Source: Candidatus Bathyarchaeota archaeon (GTDB taxonomy: Archaea > Thermoproteota > Bathyarchaeia > 40CM-2-53-6). From it: DNA of 64,000 nucleotides. Every line of letters begins with the position of its first letter. Position 1 is the stretch's first letter. The stretch spans positions 140,175 to 204,174 of the forward strand of contig VBBS01000030.1 of NCBI GenBank assembly GCA_005888745.1, in the 5' to 3' direction. Positions 1 through 10,137 of the stretch are shown one piece after another. Under the pieces are notes generated by a model that was not told the DNA's origin, did not search any database, and saw only the letters and a program-made list of their open reading frames with translations. The position numbers were made by a program, and so were the translations under genes.

Positions 1-490
1 GAACGGCTTGGAAACATGCGACGTCGTATTGAGCGACTGCTCTCGAGTTTGCCGGGGTCTGAGTGTTCTGTCCATTGCCTGCGTAGTGAGTATCTGCATT
101 GGCGAACCCGTTGGTGTTGAAGCCTGGGGGAGATAGGGGTCCGGTTGGGAACACGGATTGGCAACTCTGGTTTGGCTGTCCGGGAGTGCCAGTTGTAGTG
201 TCGGCCGCGGCTGGCCTGGTGAGGAATGGTATCGCGGCAAGAGATACGATGGCCAATATCAAGAAAAGTCTAGCTAGAGTCATAATTTTCGTCATAGGTG
301 GCACCGACGTGTCGAGATAAAAATGTTACTATCGCAATAGCAGGAAAGAGAATTCTAGCGCCCGGGAAAAGGAGACAAACCGCTCAAACGACTAACCGGA
401 AAGATTTCCCCGCTTCTCAGGTGCAAGAACCTGGGCTTTGGCAAATTCAACTGCCGACTGATCATTTCTCGGAATGTCCACTTTGACAGC

Positions 491-1465
491 TCAGTCCATC
501 ACGAACACAGATAGCTCGGTAGGCGCGGGAGGTCCGACAATCTGCCAAGAGTCGGTCTGGGCTTGAACATGTTTGTTCCGAGCCAACAAGATTCCGAGCG
601 CCAAAGATACAGCAAGCAGGAGACCGGCAACCACAGCCACTATCAAGATCTCAAGCCTCATCTGATTGATAGAGCTCTGAAGGGATTGAATTTGCTCGGA
701 ATAAGGATACACGGACTCATAGGCGATTCCCGGAGGCAACGAATAAATTGCGACGGGGTGTCCCGCGCCGGTGAAGCCTGAGGGATTGGCTAGCCAATCG
801 TAAATGTTCGATAGCGCGTACATATCCAGGGTTGATGGTGCTTCAAGAGAATTCCCCGGATTGCCCACTCCCTGCCCATAGGACAGGAACATCAGCTCAA
901 AAGTTCCATCATCTGTTATTGATACAGTTGCGTGGTTGAGACCGAGAGCATGCCCAAACTCATGGCTCGCAATATTGATCATATCCGTATCGGTCAGCTG
1001 CGTTGTATTGGTCGGGTCGTACGTAGCGAGCGTCGTGGTCGTTGGGGCCACGAAAACTCCCGAATTTTGCTGAATCCGCACCGAAGTCAACCCCAAACCA
1101 GCCGATTGCGATCCAAACGACTGGATGAACTGGATCCTGATGTCCGGAGTGGCGCACAACGTCTCATTGACACCCGAAATGCACGTAGTGAAGCCTAGTT
1201 TGCGAAGGTAATACGAGCCATAGGCATCTGTGTACGTGATGACAGACTTGGCCCAGCGGGCAATCGCATGGTTCACATCATACAAGTATGACGCCTTGAA
1301 CCAAGGCATGTTTGATGCGGGAGTAATCACAATACTGATAGTCGGATTTGTCCAGGTGCCGCCTTCCGTTGGAATCTCCGCACCAGTAACCGCGTTAGCA
1401 CTGGGTGCAAGATTGGACCACATAGCTGAGAAAAGGAGGATTCCGAGAAGAACGAGCGTTCTCAA
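491..1465 (-). CDS. Secreted zinc metalloprotease, metzincin/matrixin-like (M10). N-terminal signal peptide and C-terminal TM anchor.
   Basis: HEFGHALGLNH zinc-binding motif (HExxHxxGxxH). Hydrophobic N-terminus MRTLVLLGILLFSAMW. C-terminal hydrophobic stretch followed by a basic tail. Confidence 0.7.
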   Translation of the reverse strand: MRTLVLLGILLFSAMWSNLAPSANAVTGAEIPTEGGTWTNPTISIVITPASNMPWFKASYLYDVNHAIARWAKSVITYTDAYGSYYLRKLGFTTCISGVNETLCATPDIRIQFIQSFGSQSAGLGLTSVRIQQNSGVFVAPTTTTLATYDPTNTTQLTDTDMINIASHEFGHALGLNHATVSITDDGTFELMFLSYGQGVGNPGNSLEAPSTLDMYALSNIYDWLANPSGFTGAGHPVAIYSLPPGIAYESVYPYSEQIQSLQSSINQMRLEILIVAVVAGLLLAVSLALGILLARNKHVQAQTDSWQIVGPPAPTELSVFVMD

Positions 1466-1727
1466 CGTGGGACCACTTTTTCCAGATGACGGTGCCGTAA
1501 TGTTATGGGGTTGTTTGTAGGGATTCTCCTACCCGATCATTCCCGCAGAACCCCCTCTCCGCTTATGGAAAGGCCGCTGATTCGAAAAACGCATTTTACA
1601 TCTTGGACGTTCTAACGATTGAGCGCCTGAACAGCCAAACGATTGTCGGTTGATTCGTCCACAAACCGAACAACGGGCTTATCTACAGCCCGACATCAGG
1701 ATACTATACGGATACCCACGTGATGTA

Positions 1728-4700
1728 ATGTCGGACAAACGTTTTGTCCAAGGGTCCGGTATCAACGCTTTCAACGGAAATGAGCTGATAGTAAAGGGAG
1801 CGCTTGAGAGCAAGGTCGGCTTGATGGCCGGCTATCCTGGATCGCCTGTCGCAGAAGTTTTCACGATTCTAGAAGAGAACGCTGAGATTCTCAGAGAATG
1901 CGGCTTATGGGGAGAAATGACCAACGACGAGTCCCAAGGGGCTGCTGCGCTCAACGGCGCGTTGGATGTCGGCGTCAATGCGGTTGCTGTGATGAAGAGC
2001 GTCGGCCTCAACGTTGCTGCCGACCCTATCAATATCATCAATTATGCTGACAAGCTAGGCTTGAGCGGAAAGAGGGGCGGTGCCCTTGTTGTCTGCGGCG
2101 ACGACCCCCACGCTTCCAGTACGCAGGTTGCGGGTGATAGCCGCCAGCTTATGGAGCATCTCAAGATGGCGATTATCGAGCCGAGCACTCCGCAAGAGGT
2201 CAAGGACTGGATCGGAGAAGGACTCAGGCTCTCTCAGTACTCAAACCTGGTCGTAGGGTATCTCATTACCACTTACCTGGCCGAAGGCGGAGGTAGCGTT
2301 GTTCTATCAGAAAACCAGCCGTCGGAGATTACTTTCAAGAATCCGATTACCCTCGATATTTCAAAAGTTGATATCAAACGGAGAGTCAGTATCCCCCCGA
2401 ACACTTGGGATCTCGAGAAGGAGATTGTCAGAGATAGATTCCCGAAGGTCCATGAATATGTTCGCGATCATAAGCTCGACAAGATACTCTACGATGATGG
2501 TCGGAAGCACCGGATCGGATTCATCGCAGCCGGCATATCCTACAGCTATCTGGAACAGGCTCTCTGGGAACTCGGACTAGATGAACAATTTCCGATTCTG
2601 AAACCTGCCGTAACCTATCCACTTGAGCCCAACATCGTTGGCGAGTTATCAAAGAAAGCCGAGAATATTGTTGTTGTCGAAGAGAAGAGTCCAGCGATAG
2701 AGAACCAGGTCAAGACTATCCTCGATGACTTGGTCCAGGAAGGAAAACTCTCCAGCATGCCAAGGGTCTGGGGTAAATTCTTTCCTCAAGGCGATGGATT
2801 CCCGGAAGAGAGCGGCCTCACTCCTTCAAACCTAATCGAGAAAGTTGGAAACCTGCTCTTAGAGATCGGTGATCCTGCGGCCAAGATTGACCAGAAGAAG
2901 ATCCACAGCGAACTTGACCTGCTGGCTGAGATCAAAGCCTACGGGCTCCTGGTTCCTCCTCGCTCTCCAGGCTTCTGCGCCGGCTGCCCCCATCGGGAAA
3001 CCCTCAGCGCAGTTCATTCTCTAAGAGACACTCCTGAGCACAAAGACATCTTCGCGCACGGCGACATTGGATGCTATTCGATGTCTTTCCTTCCTCCCTT
3101 TGGTGAAATGCACAACCTAACGGCCATGGCGCTCGGTGGTGCTGCAGGAGCCGGGATGGACCCGTTCGTGACGAACAAGCAGTACGCGCTGATGGGCGAC
3201 TCCACGTTTTTCTGGAGAGGAATGACTGCAATCTCCAACTCGATCAAAGAAGGACAGGACATACTCTATCTCATTCTCGACAACAAGAACACTGCGATGA
3301 CAGGCCACCAACCTACACCGGAGTCAGGTCACAACCTGATGGGCGACAAGACAACCCCTCAGGACATCGAGAGCATCGTACGCGCTATGGGTCAGGGCCA
3401 GATCTACGTGAAAAAGATGCCCCCGTCCAACCGAGAGAAGTACATGAAAGAACTGGACAAGGTCTTCGAAAAACCCGGCGTCAAGGTCATAATAGCCGAC
3501 AAAGAGTGCGGCATCACATTTCACAAGAGAAAACGGTCAGAAAGAAACAGGATCATTGAGAGACAGGGTTTCATCAAGAAAGAGACATTCATCAACATAT
3601 CACAAGAAGTCTGCGAGAACTGCCGTGAGTGCACAAAGAACACTGGCTGCCCAGGACTAACGATAATCAACACTGACTATGGCGAGAAGATTGGGATTGA
3701 CCAGTCTATCTGCGTGTCCGACACCTATTGCACCAAGGTCATGGCTTGCCCTTCATTCGAGAAGGTAATAGTTACAAGAAACAGACCACCGAAATCACGA
3801 GTCAAGAAGATCTCGCTCGAAAATATTCCGCAGCCTGCTCCACACCGATTCAACGATACTTGGAAGATCTTCATCAGCGGCGTTGGCGGCATGGGGGTAG
3901 GTGTAATGTCGTCAGTTCTTGCTCGAGCCGGAACCAGAGAAGGATACCATGTCCGGTTCAACGATAAGAAAGGACTCGCAATCAGAAACGGAGCAGTTTC
4001 AGCTCACGTACTGTACTCGAATGGAAAAGCCAAGATCTCAACCATCGTCCCCAACGGCAAGGCGGATCTCTTGATGGGCGTCGACATGCTTGAAGCGGAG
4101 AGAAGTCTCGTATACGCGAGCCAAGTTCACACCACTGCAGTTGTCAACACCACGGTGGTCCCGACCATCCCGATGCTGGCAGGGATGATGAATTACCCTC
4201 CAGATGCGGAGCAGAATATTCGAAGATACACTAACTCCGACGAATATTTCGGTGGAAGACTTAGCGAGATCTCCGAACTGTATTTCGGAAGCAAGCTGTT
4301 CACCAACATGATTCTCTTGGGCGCGGCTTTCCAGAAAGGACTGATACCCGTCAGCGAACAGAACCTTATCGATGCAATTATGGAAACCGTACCTCCAAGC
4401 CAGCGAACTAGAAACATGGAAGCTCTACGCCTCGGACGAAAAATGGCCATCGAACCGGAGCTTCTGGAATTCAGGAACATTGTCGCCGATGACCGCATCC
4501 TTACTCTGTTTGGTGCGAAGGAAAGCTACCAGTCCGTTCTTGACATGAAGGCTAAGCAGCTCTCCCATTCCTACTGGATGTTCTGGCGTGGAAAGACGGT
4601 CGCAGACGAATACAGACGACTCGTTGAGAGCACCGTTGCCACGATGAGGCTCGATGAGGATACCAACAGAGCGATTGCCAGAAGAGTGTACGACCTCATA

Positions 4701-5345
4701 ATGTGGGGAGAACTTCCCTACGCCGAGAAGTACGTGGACAGGATCCTCGAGGTGTTCAGGAACGATAGGGAGGACAATGGCTACGCTGCAACGAAGACAG
4801 CAATGCTGGACCTTCACAAGGTGATGGCGATCAAGGATGAGATCTACACACCTCATCTGTTGACTGACGGTGAGAAACTGGACCGGGACAAGATACGGTA
4901 CAATGTTGACGATGAGAACGGTGACAAGATAATGTACGAGCACATCAACCGGCCCGAGTTTGAGGTCTTCGGCAAACAAGTAAGGTTCGACCTGCCGCAG
5001 TGGCTTGCGCATAACTGGCTGATGAGGATCTTCAAACACATGAAATGGACCAGAACCATCCTCGACAGCTGGGGATGGCACAAGAAAGAACGCGCCTTCC
5101 GCGACTGGTACAAAGACGACGTCATAGGATTCTACCTCAAGACGGCATCAACAAACTACGATCTTGCTCTCAGAGCGTTAAGGGTCATAAACGATCCATA
5201 CAGACCCAATGAATTCGCTGTCACAGGTTTCAGAGAGGTCATCTATCCAAAGATGGACAAGGCAAGAAGAGAATTCGAAGAACTCGTAGAGCCGGGTCAG
5301 CAACTCCCAGTAATGCCATTGATCACGGCCTCATCCGAAATGTAG
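1728..5345 (+). CDS. iorAB: Indolepyruvate:ferredoxin oxidoreductase, fused alpha+beta form (about 1200 aa). The ORF is open from 1650; the start is probably the Met at 1728.
   Basis: N-terminal GYPGSPV pyruvate-oxidoreductase-type domain, TPP-binding GDIGCY region, and two CxxCxxCxxxCP ferredoxin-like cysteine clusters (CENCRECTKNTGCP; CVSDTYCTKVMACP). The C-terminal half resembles the IorB-like domain of the fused bacterial-type IOR family. Confidence 0.75.
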   Translation: MSDKRFVQGSGINAFNGNELIVKGALESKVGLMAGYPGSPVAEVFTILEENAEILRECGLWGEMTNDESQGAAALNGALDVGVNAVAVMKSVGLNVAADPINIINYADKLGLSGKRGGALVVCGDDPHASSTQVAGDSRQLMEHLKMAIIEPSTPQEVKDWIGEGLRLSQYSNLVVGYLITTYLAEGGGSVVLSENQPSEITFKNPITLDISKVDIKRRVSIPPNTWDLEKEIVRDRFPKVHEYVRDHKLDKILYDDGRKHRIGFIAAGISYSYLEQALWELGLDEQFPILKPAVTYPLEPNIVGELSKKAENIVVVEEKSPAIENQVKTILDDLVQEGKLSSMPRVWGKFFPQGDGFPEESGLTPSNLIEKVGNLLLEIGDPAAKIDQKKIHSELDLLAEIKAYGLLVPPRSPGFCAGCPHRETLSAVHSLRDTPEHKDIFAHGDIGCYSMSFLPPFGEMHNLTAMALGGAAGAGMDPFVTNKQYALMGDSTFFWRGMTAISNSIKEGQDILYLILDNKNTAMTGHQPTPESGHNLMGDKTTPQDIESIVRAMGQGQIYVKKMPPSNREKYMKELDKVFEKPGVKVIIADKECGITFHKRKRSERNRIIERQGFIKKETFINISQEVCENCRECTKNTGCPGLTIINTDYGEKIGIDQSICVSDTYCTKVMACPSFEKVIVTRNRPPKSRVKKISLENIPQPAPHRFNDTWKIFISGVGGMGVGVMSSVLARAGTREGYHVRFNDKKGLAIRNGAVSAHVLYSNGKAKISTIVPNGKADLLMGVDMLEAERSLVYASQVHTTAVVNTTVVPTIPMLAGMMNYPPDAEQNIRRYTNSDEYFGGRLSEISELYFGSKLFTNMILLGAAFQKGLIPVSEQNLIDAIMETVPPSQRTRNMEALRLGRKMAIEPELLEFRNIVADDRILTLFGAKESYQSVLDMKAKQLSHSYWMFWRGKTVADEYRRLVESTVATMRLDEDTNRAIARRVYDLIMWGELPYAEKYVDRILEVFRNDREDNGYAATKTAMLDLHKVMAIKDEIYTPHLLTDGEKLDRDKIRYNVDDENGDKIMYEHINRPEFEVFGKQVRFDLPQWLAHNWLMRIFKHMKWTRTILDSWGWHKKERAFRDWYKDDVIGFYLKTASTNYDLALRALRVINDPYRPNEFAVTGFREVIYPKMDKARREFEELVEPGQQLPVMPLITASSEM

Positions 5346-5485
5346 ATCTCCTTTCAATCTCTCTTTCTAGAAAACTCACAGAATTGCGATCCCTCTGCTC
5401 CACGCGATGTTATGCGGTGCTGTCGACTGAGAGGGTATCGGTTATATCATCCAGAATGGATCTACCTAGAATTGCCGGCTGACTA

Positions 5486-6061
5486 TTGAGCTCAGAGATC
5501 CATCCTATCAATCCTCTGGCAGAAGTCTTAGCAAGGCGGCAGTACTCCCAAGAGTCTCTTTACAGGGCGGCTTTCAAGGACACCCGGTTCTCTTCCGGTT
5601 TCGGAATGTACCCGCCTACTTCTCCCAAGCAGCCAGGGACTGGAGGCTCGATAGCTTGGATCTTGGTCAAGTTCGGGTTTGTTGGGGGGTTGGGAATCTT
5701 CCTTAATCAGTCCGTACTGTTCGCATTGACGACATTCTTTGGCGTATACTATCTGATCGGTGCAGTCCTCAGCAGTCAGGCAGCTGTACTCGTCAATTTT
5801 GCATTGAACAACTTTCTCGTATTCAGGTCAAGAGAAAGCGCCGGAGGACTAATCCGGAAAATCTTCCTCTTTAACGCAGTTTCGTCATCAGACCTACTCC
5901 TAAGAATTCCCCTACTCTTCGGTCTGACGAGTGCACTGGGTATTGGGTACCTTTGGTCCAACCTTGCGAGCATCTTCTTGACGTTCGGGGCTAGGTTTCT
6001 TGTGAGTGAGAAGAAGATTTGGGCAAAACACGTTGCACCAATTACCCCAGCGTCGCGCTAG
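5486..6061 (+). CDS. GtrA-family small membrane protein (flippase-associated 4-TM). The N-terminal 40 aa may be an over-extension.
   Basis: Four predicted TM helices with a GtrA-like motif: LFALTTFFGVYYLIGAVLSSQAAVLVNFALNNFLVFRS. Confidence 0.5.
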   Translation: MSSEIHPINPLAEVLARRQYSQESLYRAAFKDTRFSSGFGMYPPTSPKQPGTGGSIAWILVKFGFVGGLGIFLNQSVLFALTTFFGVYYLIGAVLSSQAAVLVNFALNNFLVFRSRESAGGLIRKIFLFNAVSSSDLLLRIPLLFGLTSALGIGYLWSNLASIFLTFGARFLVSEKKIWAKHVAPITPASR

Positions 6062-6076
6062 ATCACCGATGATATC

Positions 6077-6805
6077 TTAGTAGTGCCTTACAAAGGTCTC
6101 AACTGGATGGACAAGCTCTAGCGATGGCTGGAGGTCCAATTGGAATAGCTCTCCAGACGGGGTCTTAGAGAATCCGTCCTCGCCTTTTCGAACTAGGTCG
6201 TCAACGATGGAGACTCGCCTCCTGATGTAGTCACTCTCATCAGCGGCCGGTAAGGGGCCGAAGACTTGCGGCGCGGCAAGTCGGACCGCGGCGTACATTG
6301 ACCATGCTAGATCCCGTATCTCCCACTGTGCGTCGGGAGCGCAGCGGAGATTGAAGAAGTGGATGAGCTGGCGCGGGCTCATGCTCATTACAATGTTCGT
6401 GGTTGCTGCATTGGGCCTGAGGTATCGGCTGTCTTCCGCTTTTATGCCTTTGGCAACGAGTCCTTCCTCGGCTTGACGCGTCAAGTCCATTACGTCTGTG
6501 AAGTTTAGGTCTATCTTGTGTCCCTGTATCTCAACTGGGACCTTGAGGTCATGGGGTATTCCGGGTGGTTTCAAGTATCCATAGCTTCGTGTGACGCGCA
6601 CATAACGTTGTGATTGCTGACTGAAGGAGGCGATTCTATGTCTTACAATCTGATGACTGGCTGCTCGGCTTATTCCCTGAAGGTCAAACGTGAGGCTCCC
6701 ATGCCGGAGCATGCTCTCTCCTCCCATCTTCACTCCGGCTTTCTCCAAGTTTCTGGTTAGCTCGGGATAGTTGGTGTAGCTGAACAGGATTGCTTTGCTT
6801 GCCAA
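6077..6805 (-). CDS. thyX: FAD-dependent thymidylate synthase ThyX, catalytic core with all signature motifs.
   Basis: RHRIASFSQQSQRY (the ThyX RHR...SxxQxSxRY signature) and a downstream NLRCAPDAQWEIR motif. Alignable to Thermotoga and Mycobacterium ThyX from the HG..EH region onward. Confidence 0.8.
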   Translation of the reverse strand: MASKAILFSYTNYPELTRNLEKAGVKMGGESMLRHGSLTFDLQGISRAASHQIVRHRIASFSQQSQRYVRVTRSYGYLKPPGIPHDLKVPVEIQGHKIDLNFTDVMDLTRQAEEGLVAKGIKAEDSRYLRPNAATTNIVMSMSPRQLIHFFNLRCAPDAQWEIRDLAWSMYAAVRLAAPQVFGPLPAADESDYIRRRVSIVDDLVRKGEDGFSKTPSGELFQLDLQPSLELVHPVETFVRHY

Positions 6806-6813
6806 TTCTCAAC

Positions 6814-7272
6814 CTAACTTCTTGTTGTCGATATCGCGAGTGCGGAGGCGATGATCGGGGCGGCTTCATTCAAGGTCCCGACAAGTTCTTTCGTTAATGG
6901 TAGGTCGCTGGGGCCTCGTGCTAGCTCGACTAGTACTCGTAGGTTTGTTGTGATGAGCCATCGCTGTTCGTCGATCTGGCTTGTCTCGAAAAACTTGGAT
7001 GATTCCATGAGGAAGAGGATCTCCTTTTCGTCAGCCTCCACTAGCCAGGTGATGCTGTTGTGCTCGAGAATATCGTAATGTCCCAGCTCAAGGGCACGCT
7101 TCAACAGTCCACCTATTCGCTCGGCGTCGAAGATTTTTTCCCCATCCAGCACCTTGTCTTGTGAGGTGTGCGTGAACAGTTCATATCCCGGATGGGGAGA
7201 ATAGCATGATCGCATGGCTGCGGCGCATACTCTTTCAAGGTCAGGCTCGTAGCCTACAAGGCGAACACGCAT
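6814..7272 (-). CDS. ThyX-like degenerate paralog. It has the ThyX N-terminal strand, the HxxxEH region and a C-terminal helix region, but lacks the RHR/SQRY catalytic motif. It lies 8 nt upstream of thyX in a different frame.
   Basis: MRVRLVGYEPDLERVCAAAMRSCYS aligns with the ThyX N-terminus. GHYDILEHNSITWLVEA aligns with GHFSVLEHASVSFYITG. The RHR motif is absent. Confidence 0.5.
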   Translation of the reverse strand: MRVRLVGYEPDLERVCAAAMRSCYSPHPGYELFTHTSQDKVLDGEKIFDAERIGGLLKRALELGHYDILEHNSITWLVEADEKEILFLMESSKFFETSQIDEQRWLITTNLRVLVELARGPSDLPLTKELVGTLNEAAPIIASALAISTTRS

Positions 7273-7444
7273 GACGAGAAATCCTTCTCAAGAAGAGTAG
7301 ATGTTCCGCCCCAATAAAAGAGCTACCGCCTCATTCTTGTAATCCGGATTATTCTACGAAGCAGAAATGTGAGCTAACGCGTGTCTTTTGTGACTGAATA
7401 GTGGTTTTGGAAGAGACAGTATCCTTAGCTACGCGCCTTGTCCA

Positions 7445-7858
7445 TTGCGAGAATGGACGATTAGGGGAGACGGTAGGTCAATGGCCGAAGATGAAGGGTC
7501 AGACAGCGAAGCAAGACAGGAGCGTGAACGGGACCCTCCGGATGATGCACGGATAGAACCCTTCTTGGACATGCGGGATCCTACTTTTCGCCGAATTCTT
7601 CGATCCGCCACAAGCAAGTTCAACCAGATGATATGCCCCTTGATGGCATCTGTTTGTGTGCGGGACCTATGCATGTTCTGGAACGACCACTCAAAATCGT
7701 GCTATATTGTTGATACGCTGAAGACGAACCTCTATCACACTGTCTGTCCGAAGTGCGGGTCCACCAACATCGAACTATCCGCTAGGGAGCAGCGTTCTGG
7801 GAAGGCGAAATTGTATCGGTGCGACACCTGCGGCAACGAATGGGGAGCAGTTCACTAA
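7445..7858 (+). CDS. Small protein with a C-terminal TFIIS/TFS-type zinc ribbon. The start is uncertain and the N-terminal acidic/Arg-rich part may not be translated.
   Basis: CPKCGSTNIELSAREQRSGKAKLYRCDTCGNEW resembles the CxxC...QTRSADE...CxxCxxxW consensus. Confidence 0.35.
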   Translation: MREWTIRGDGRSMAEDEGSDSEARQERERDPPDDARIEPFLDMRDPTFRRILRSATSKFNQMICPLMASVCVRDLCMFWNDHSKSCYIVDTLKTNLYHTVCPKCGSTNIELSAREQRSGKAKLYRCDTCGNEWGAVH

Positions 7859-7955
7859 GCACATCTGCCTTTTTCACATCTTAAAGATTAGCCGAAGACC
7901 CTGCAGTTCTTATACGAATGAAGAATCCAAGCAAATACTAGGCATTGAGGAGAAC

Positions 7956-8348
7956 GTGCTAAGCATGACTGATATGCTAAAGGGAAGCCAGGTCCTCCAG
8001 AAGACCTACACCTACATTGAGAATGTGACCAAGGAGTCCCGCAAAGCCCTGATGGAAGAATTCAGCCAGAAACACAAAGGTATCGCTATCAACTCCGCGT
8101 CCGACACTCTCCGACAAACCGTCCTGGACTGGTTCCCTCGTCGCGATCCTATGCTGAAGCTGTTCCACGAGAACACAAGCCAAGGAAAGCCGGGCGAGGT
8201 CCGAATGGACTTTCGCGGAGAAACCAAGGCCGTACGTTTCAAGGTTCATCTCCACGCAGTATTCGCGGTGAACGGGCAATCCCCGGATTCACGGGCGTTT
8301 CTGAAAGAAGTCAACCTCTCAGTCGACCCTAGAGAATTCTCGATGTAG
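7956..8348 (+). CDS. Hypothetical protein
   Basis: 130-aa ORF with balanced composition and no recognisable motif. Confidence 0.3.
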   Translation: MLSMTDMLKGSQVLQKTYTYIENVTKESRKALMEEFSQKHKGIAINSASDTLRQTVLDWFPRRDPMLKLFHENTSQGKPGEVRMDFRGETKAVRFKVHLHAVFAVNGQSPDSRAFLKEVNLSVDPREFSM

Positions 8349-8360
8349 AGCCGAGACTCA

Positions 8361-9626
8361 ATGAGTCTCGTCAGCACATTCACCCTCTCCAGTCTAGAGC
8401 TGACCAGGTTTTTCTTCGCAATGGTCCTACTCTTGTTCACGGCACATTCTTTCGGTTTCTTGTTCTATGAAGCCAAGCTTCCACGAGTGATCGGGGAAAT
8501 CTTCGGAGGACTAGTTCTCGGTCCAACCTTCCTTGGGTATGTTGCTCCTGACACTGAGAACTGGGTCTTCGGCGCTTTTCCGTCGGAAGGCCCATTGATC
8601 TCTGTCATCTCCTACATCGGGCTGGTTCTCTTGATGTTCATATCTGGATTCGAGATCCAGAGGGCGTTCTCGAAAGAAGATCGAAAGATCGCCACCTCGT
8701 TCTTGATCGGTGCCACGGTTGTTCCGTTCATTATTGGCATGTTTGTTCCCTTCGTCTACAACTTCTCGCCGTATTCGGGGGCAAACGGGAACATGCTCTC
8801 ACTGGCCATAATCGTCGGCATCGGAGTCTCGGTAACGTCAATCCCAGTGATCTCGAAAATCTTCATCGATCTGAAGATTATGGATACGCGGTTCGCTAAG
8901 ATCGTTCTGGCGATTGCCACAGTGGAGGATGTCATCCAGTTCGGTGCGCTCGCCATTGCCACGGGGGTTGGAGCTTCAGCCTCCGCATCACTCTCCCTGA
9001 TTGGTTACACTGCTTCTGTGACTGTCGCGTTTTTCGGCGCAGCCCTTCTGGGTCTGCCTAGGTTGGTACGATATACGATAGGGTCGAGGTTTGACGTTCT
9101 GATCAAGTATCACCCGTCGAGGTACGCTCTCTTTCTTTGTTTCTCGATGGTGGCGTTGGCGAGCCTTCTCAACGTGAACATCGTCTTCGGCGCCTTTCTC
9201 GCCGGTATCGCGATTGGAATGATGCCGGAAGGAGTGTTCTCTCTAGCAAAGTCTCAGGTCAAGTCAATATCCCTCGCCGTTTTCACGCCGGTCTATTTTG
9301 CGGTCGTCGGATTGAAGCTCGATCTGATCCACTCATTCGACATTCTCTTCTTTCTCGGCTTCCTACTCTTCTCGACCGCGCTCAAAGGTGGAGGTGCCTT
9401 GGCGGTGGGCAGATTGGTCAAACAGAAGAGACTGCCGAGCATCAACCTTGCAATCGCTCTTAACGCCAGGGGTGGGCCTGGAATCGTGCTCGCAACTGTC
9501 GCCTTTGACTTAGGACTAATATCAGAGACATTCTTTGTTGCTCTAGTTCTGACAGCAATTGTTACCTCGTTCATTGCGGGATTCTGGCTGAGGTACGTCA
9601 ACAAGAAGGGTTGGGAACTACTGTAG
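8361..9626 (+). CDS. Monovalent cation:proton antiporter (CPA2 / Kef-NapA type)
   Basis: 421 aa with about 12 TM helices. N-terminal GEIFGGLVLGP and repeated glycine-rich helix motifs typical of the Na+/H+ exchanger family. Confidence 0.7.
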   Translation: MSLVSTFTLSSLELTRFFFAMVLLLFTAHSFGFLFYEAKLPRVIGEIFGGLVLGPTFLGYVAPDTENWVFGAFPSEGPLISVISYIGLVLLMFISGFEIQRAFSKEDRKIATSFLIGATVVPFIIGMFVPFVYNFSPYSGANGNMLSLAIIVGIGVSVTSIPVISKIFIDLKIMDTRFAKIVLAIATVEDVIQFGALAIATGVGASASASLSLIGYTASVTVAFFGAALLGLPRLVRYTIGSRFDVLIKYHPSRYALFLCFSMVALASLLNVNIVFGAFLAGIAIGMMPEGVFSLAKSQVKSISLAVFTPVYFAVVGLKLDLIHSFDILFFLGFLLFSTALKGGGALAVGRLVKQKRLPSINLAIALNARGGPGIVLATVAFDLGLISETFFVALVLTAIVTSFIAGFWLRYVNKKGWELL

Positions 9627-9642
9627 TGGTCGGAAGGGCTGC

Positions 9643-10137
9643 GTGAGCGCTTCCGAAACGCATTTCAGCTTCTCTGACCCTCCTAGAATGGGCCGAGCCA
9701 TGAAGGAGATTTCATCTGAAATCGTGATTGAGGCCCCTGCCGATCGGGTATGGCAAGTCCTAACTGATTTTGCCAAATTCCCCGAATGGAACCCTTTCAT
9801 CAGAAAAATGAGCGGTGAGCCGAGGACGGGGGCGAAGCTTGAGGTTCGACTTGAGCCTCCTGGAGGAAGGGCGATGACTTTCAAGCCCAAAATGGTTAAT
9901 GTGGAGACGAATCGTGAGATGTGTTGGCTCGGGAAACTCTGGATACCGGGCTTGTTTAATGGCGAACACTGCTTTACAATTGAGGCATTAGATGAGAAGG
10001 GTGTCCGTTTCGTTCAGCACGAGAGGTTTACGGGACTGCTTGTTCCATTCATGGCAAAAAGCCTAGACAAGGATACAAAGAATGGATTCGAGGCGATGAA
10101 TCGTGCCTTGAAGGAGCGAGCCGAGAAAGAAGCTTAG
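9643..10137 (+). CDS. SRPBCC (START/Bet v1/polyketide-cyclase-like) family protein
   Basis: IVIEAPADRVWQVLTDFAKFPEWNPF is a typical SRPBCC N-terminal signature. Size about 150 aa. Confidence 0.6.
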   Translation: MSASETHFSFSDPPRMGRAMKEISSEIVIEAPADRVWQVLTDFAKFPEWNPFIRKMSGEPRTGAKLEVRLEPPGGRAMTFKPKMVNVETNREMCWLGKLWIPGLFNGEHCFTIEALDEKGVRFVQHERFTGLLVPFMAKSLDKDTKNGFEAMNRALKERAEKEA

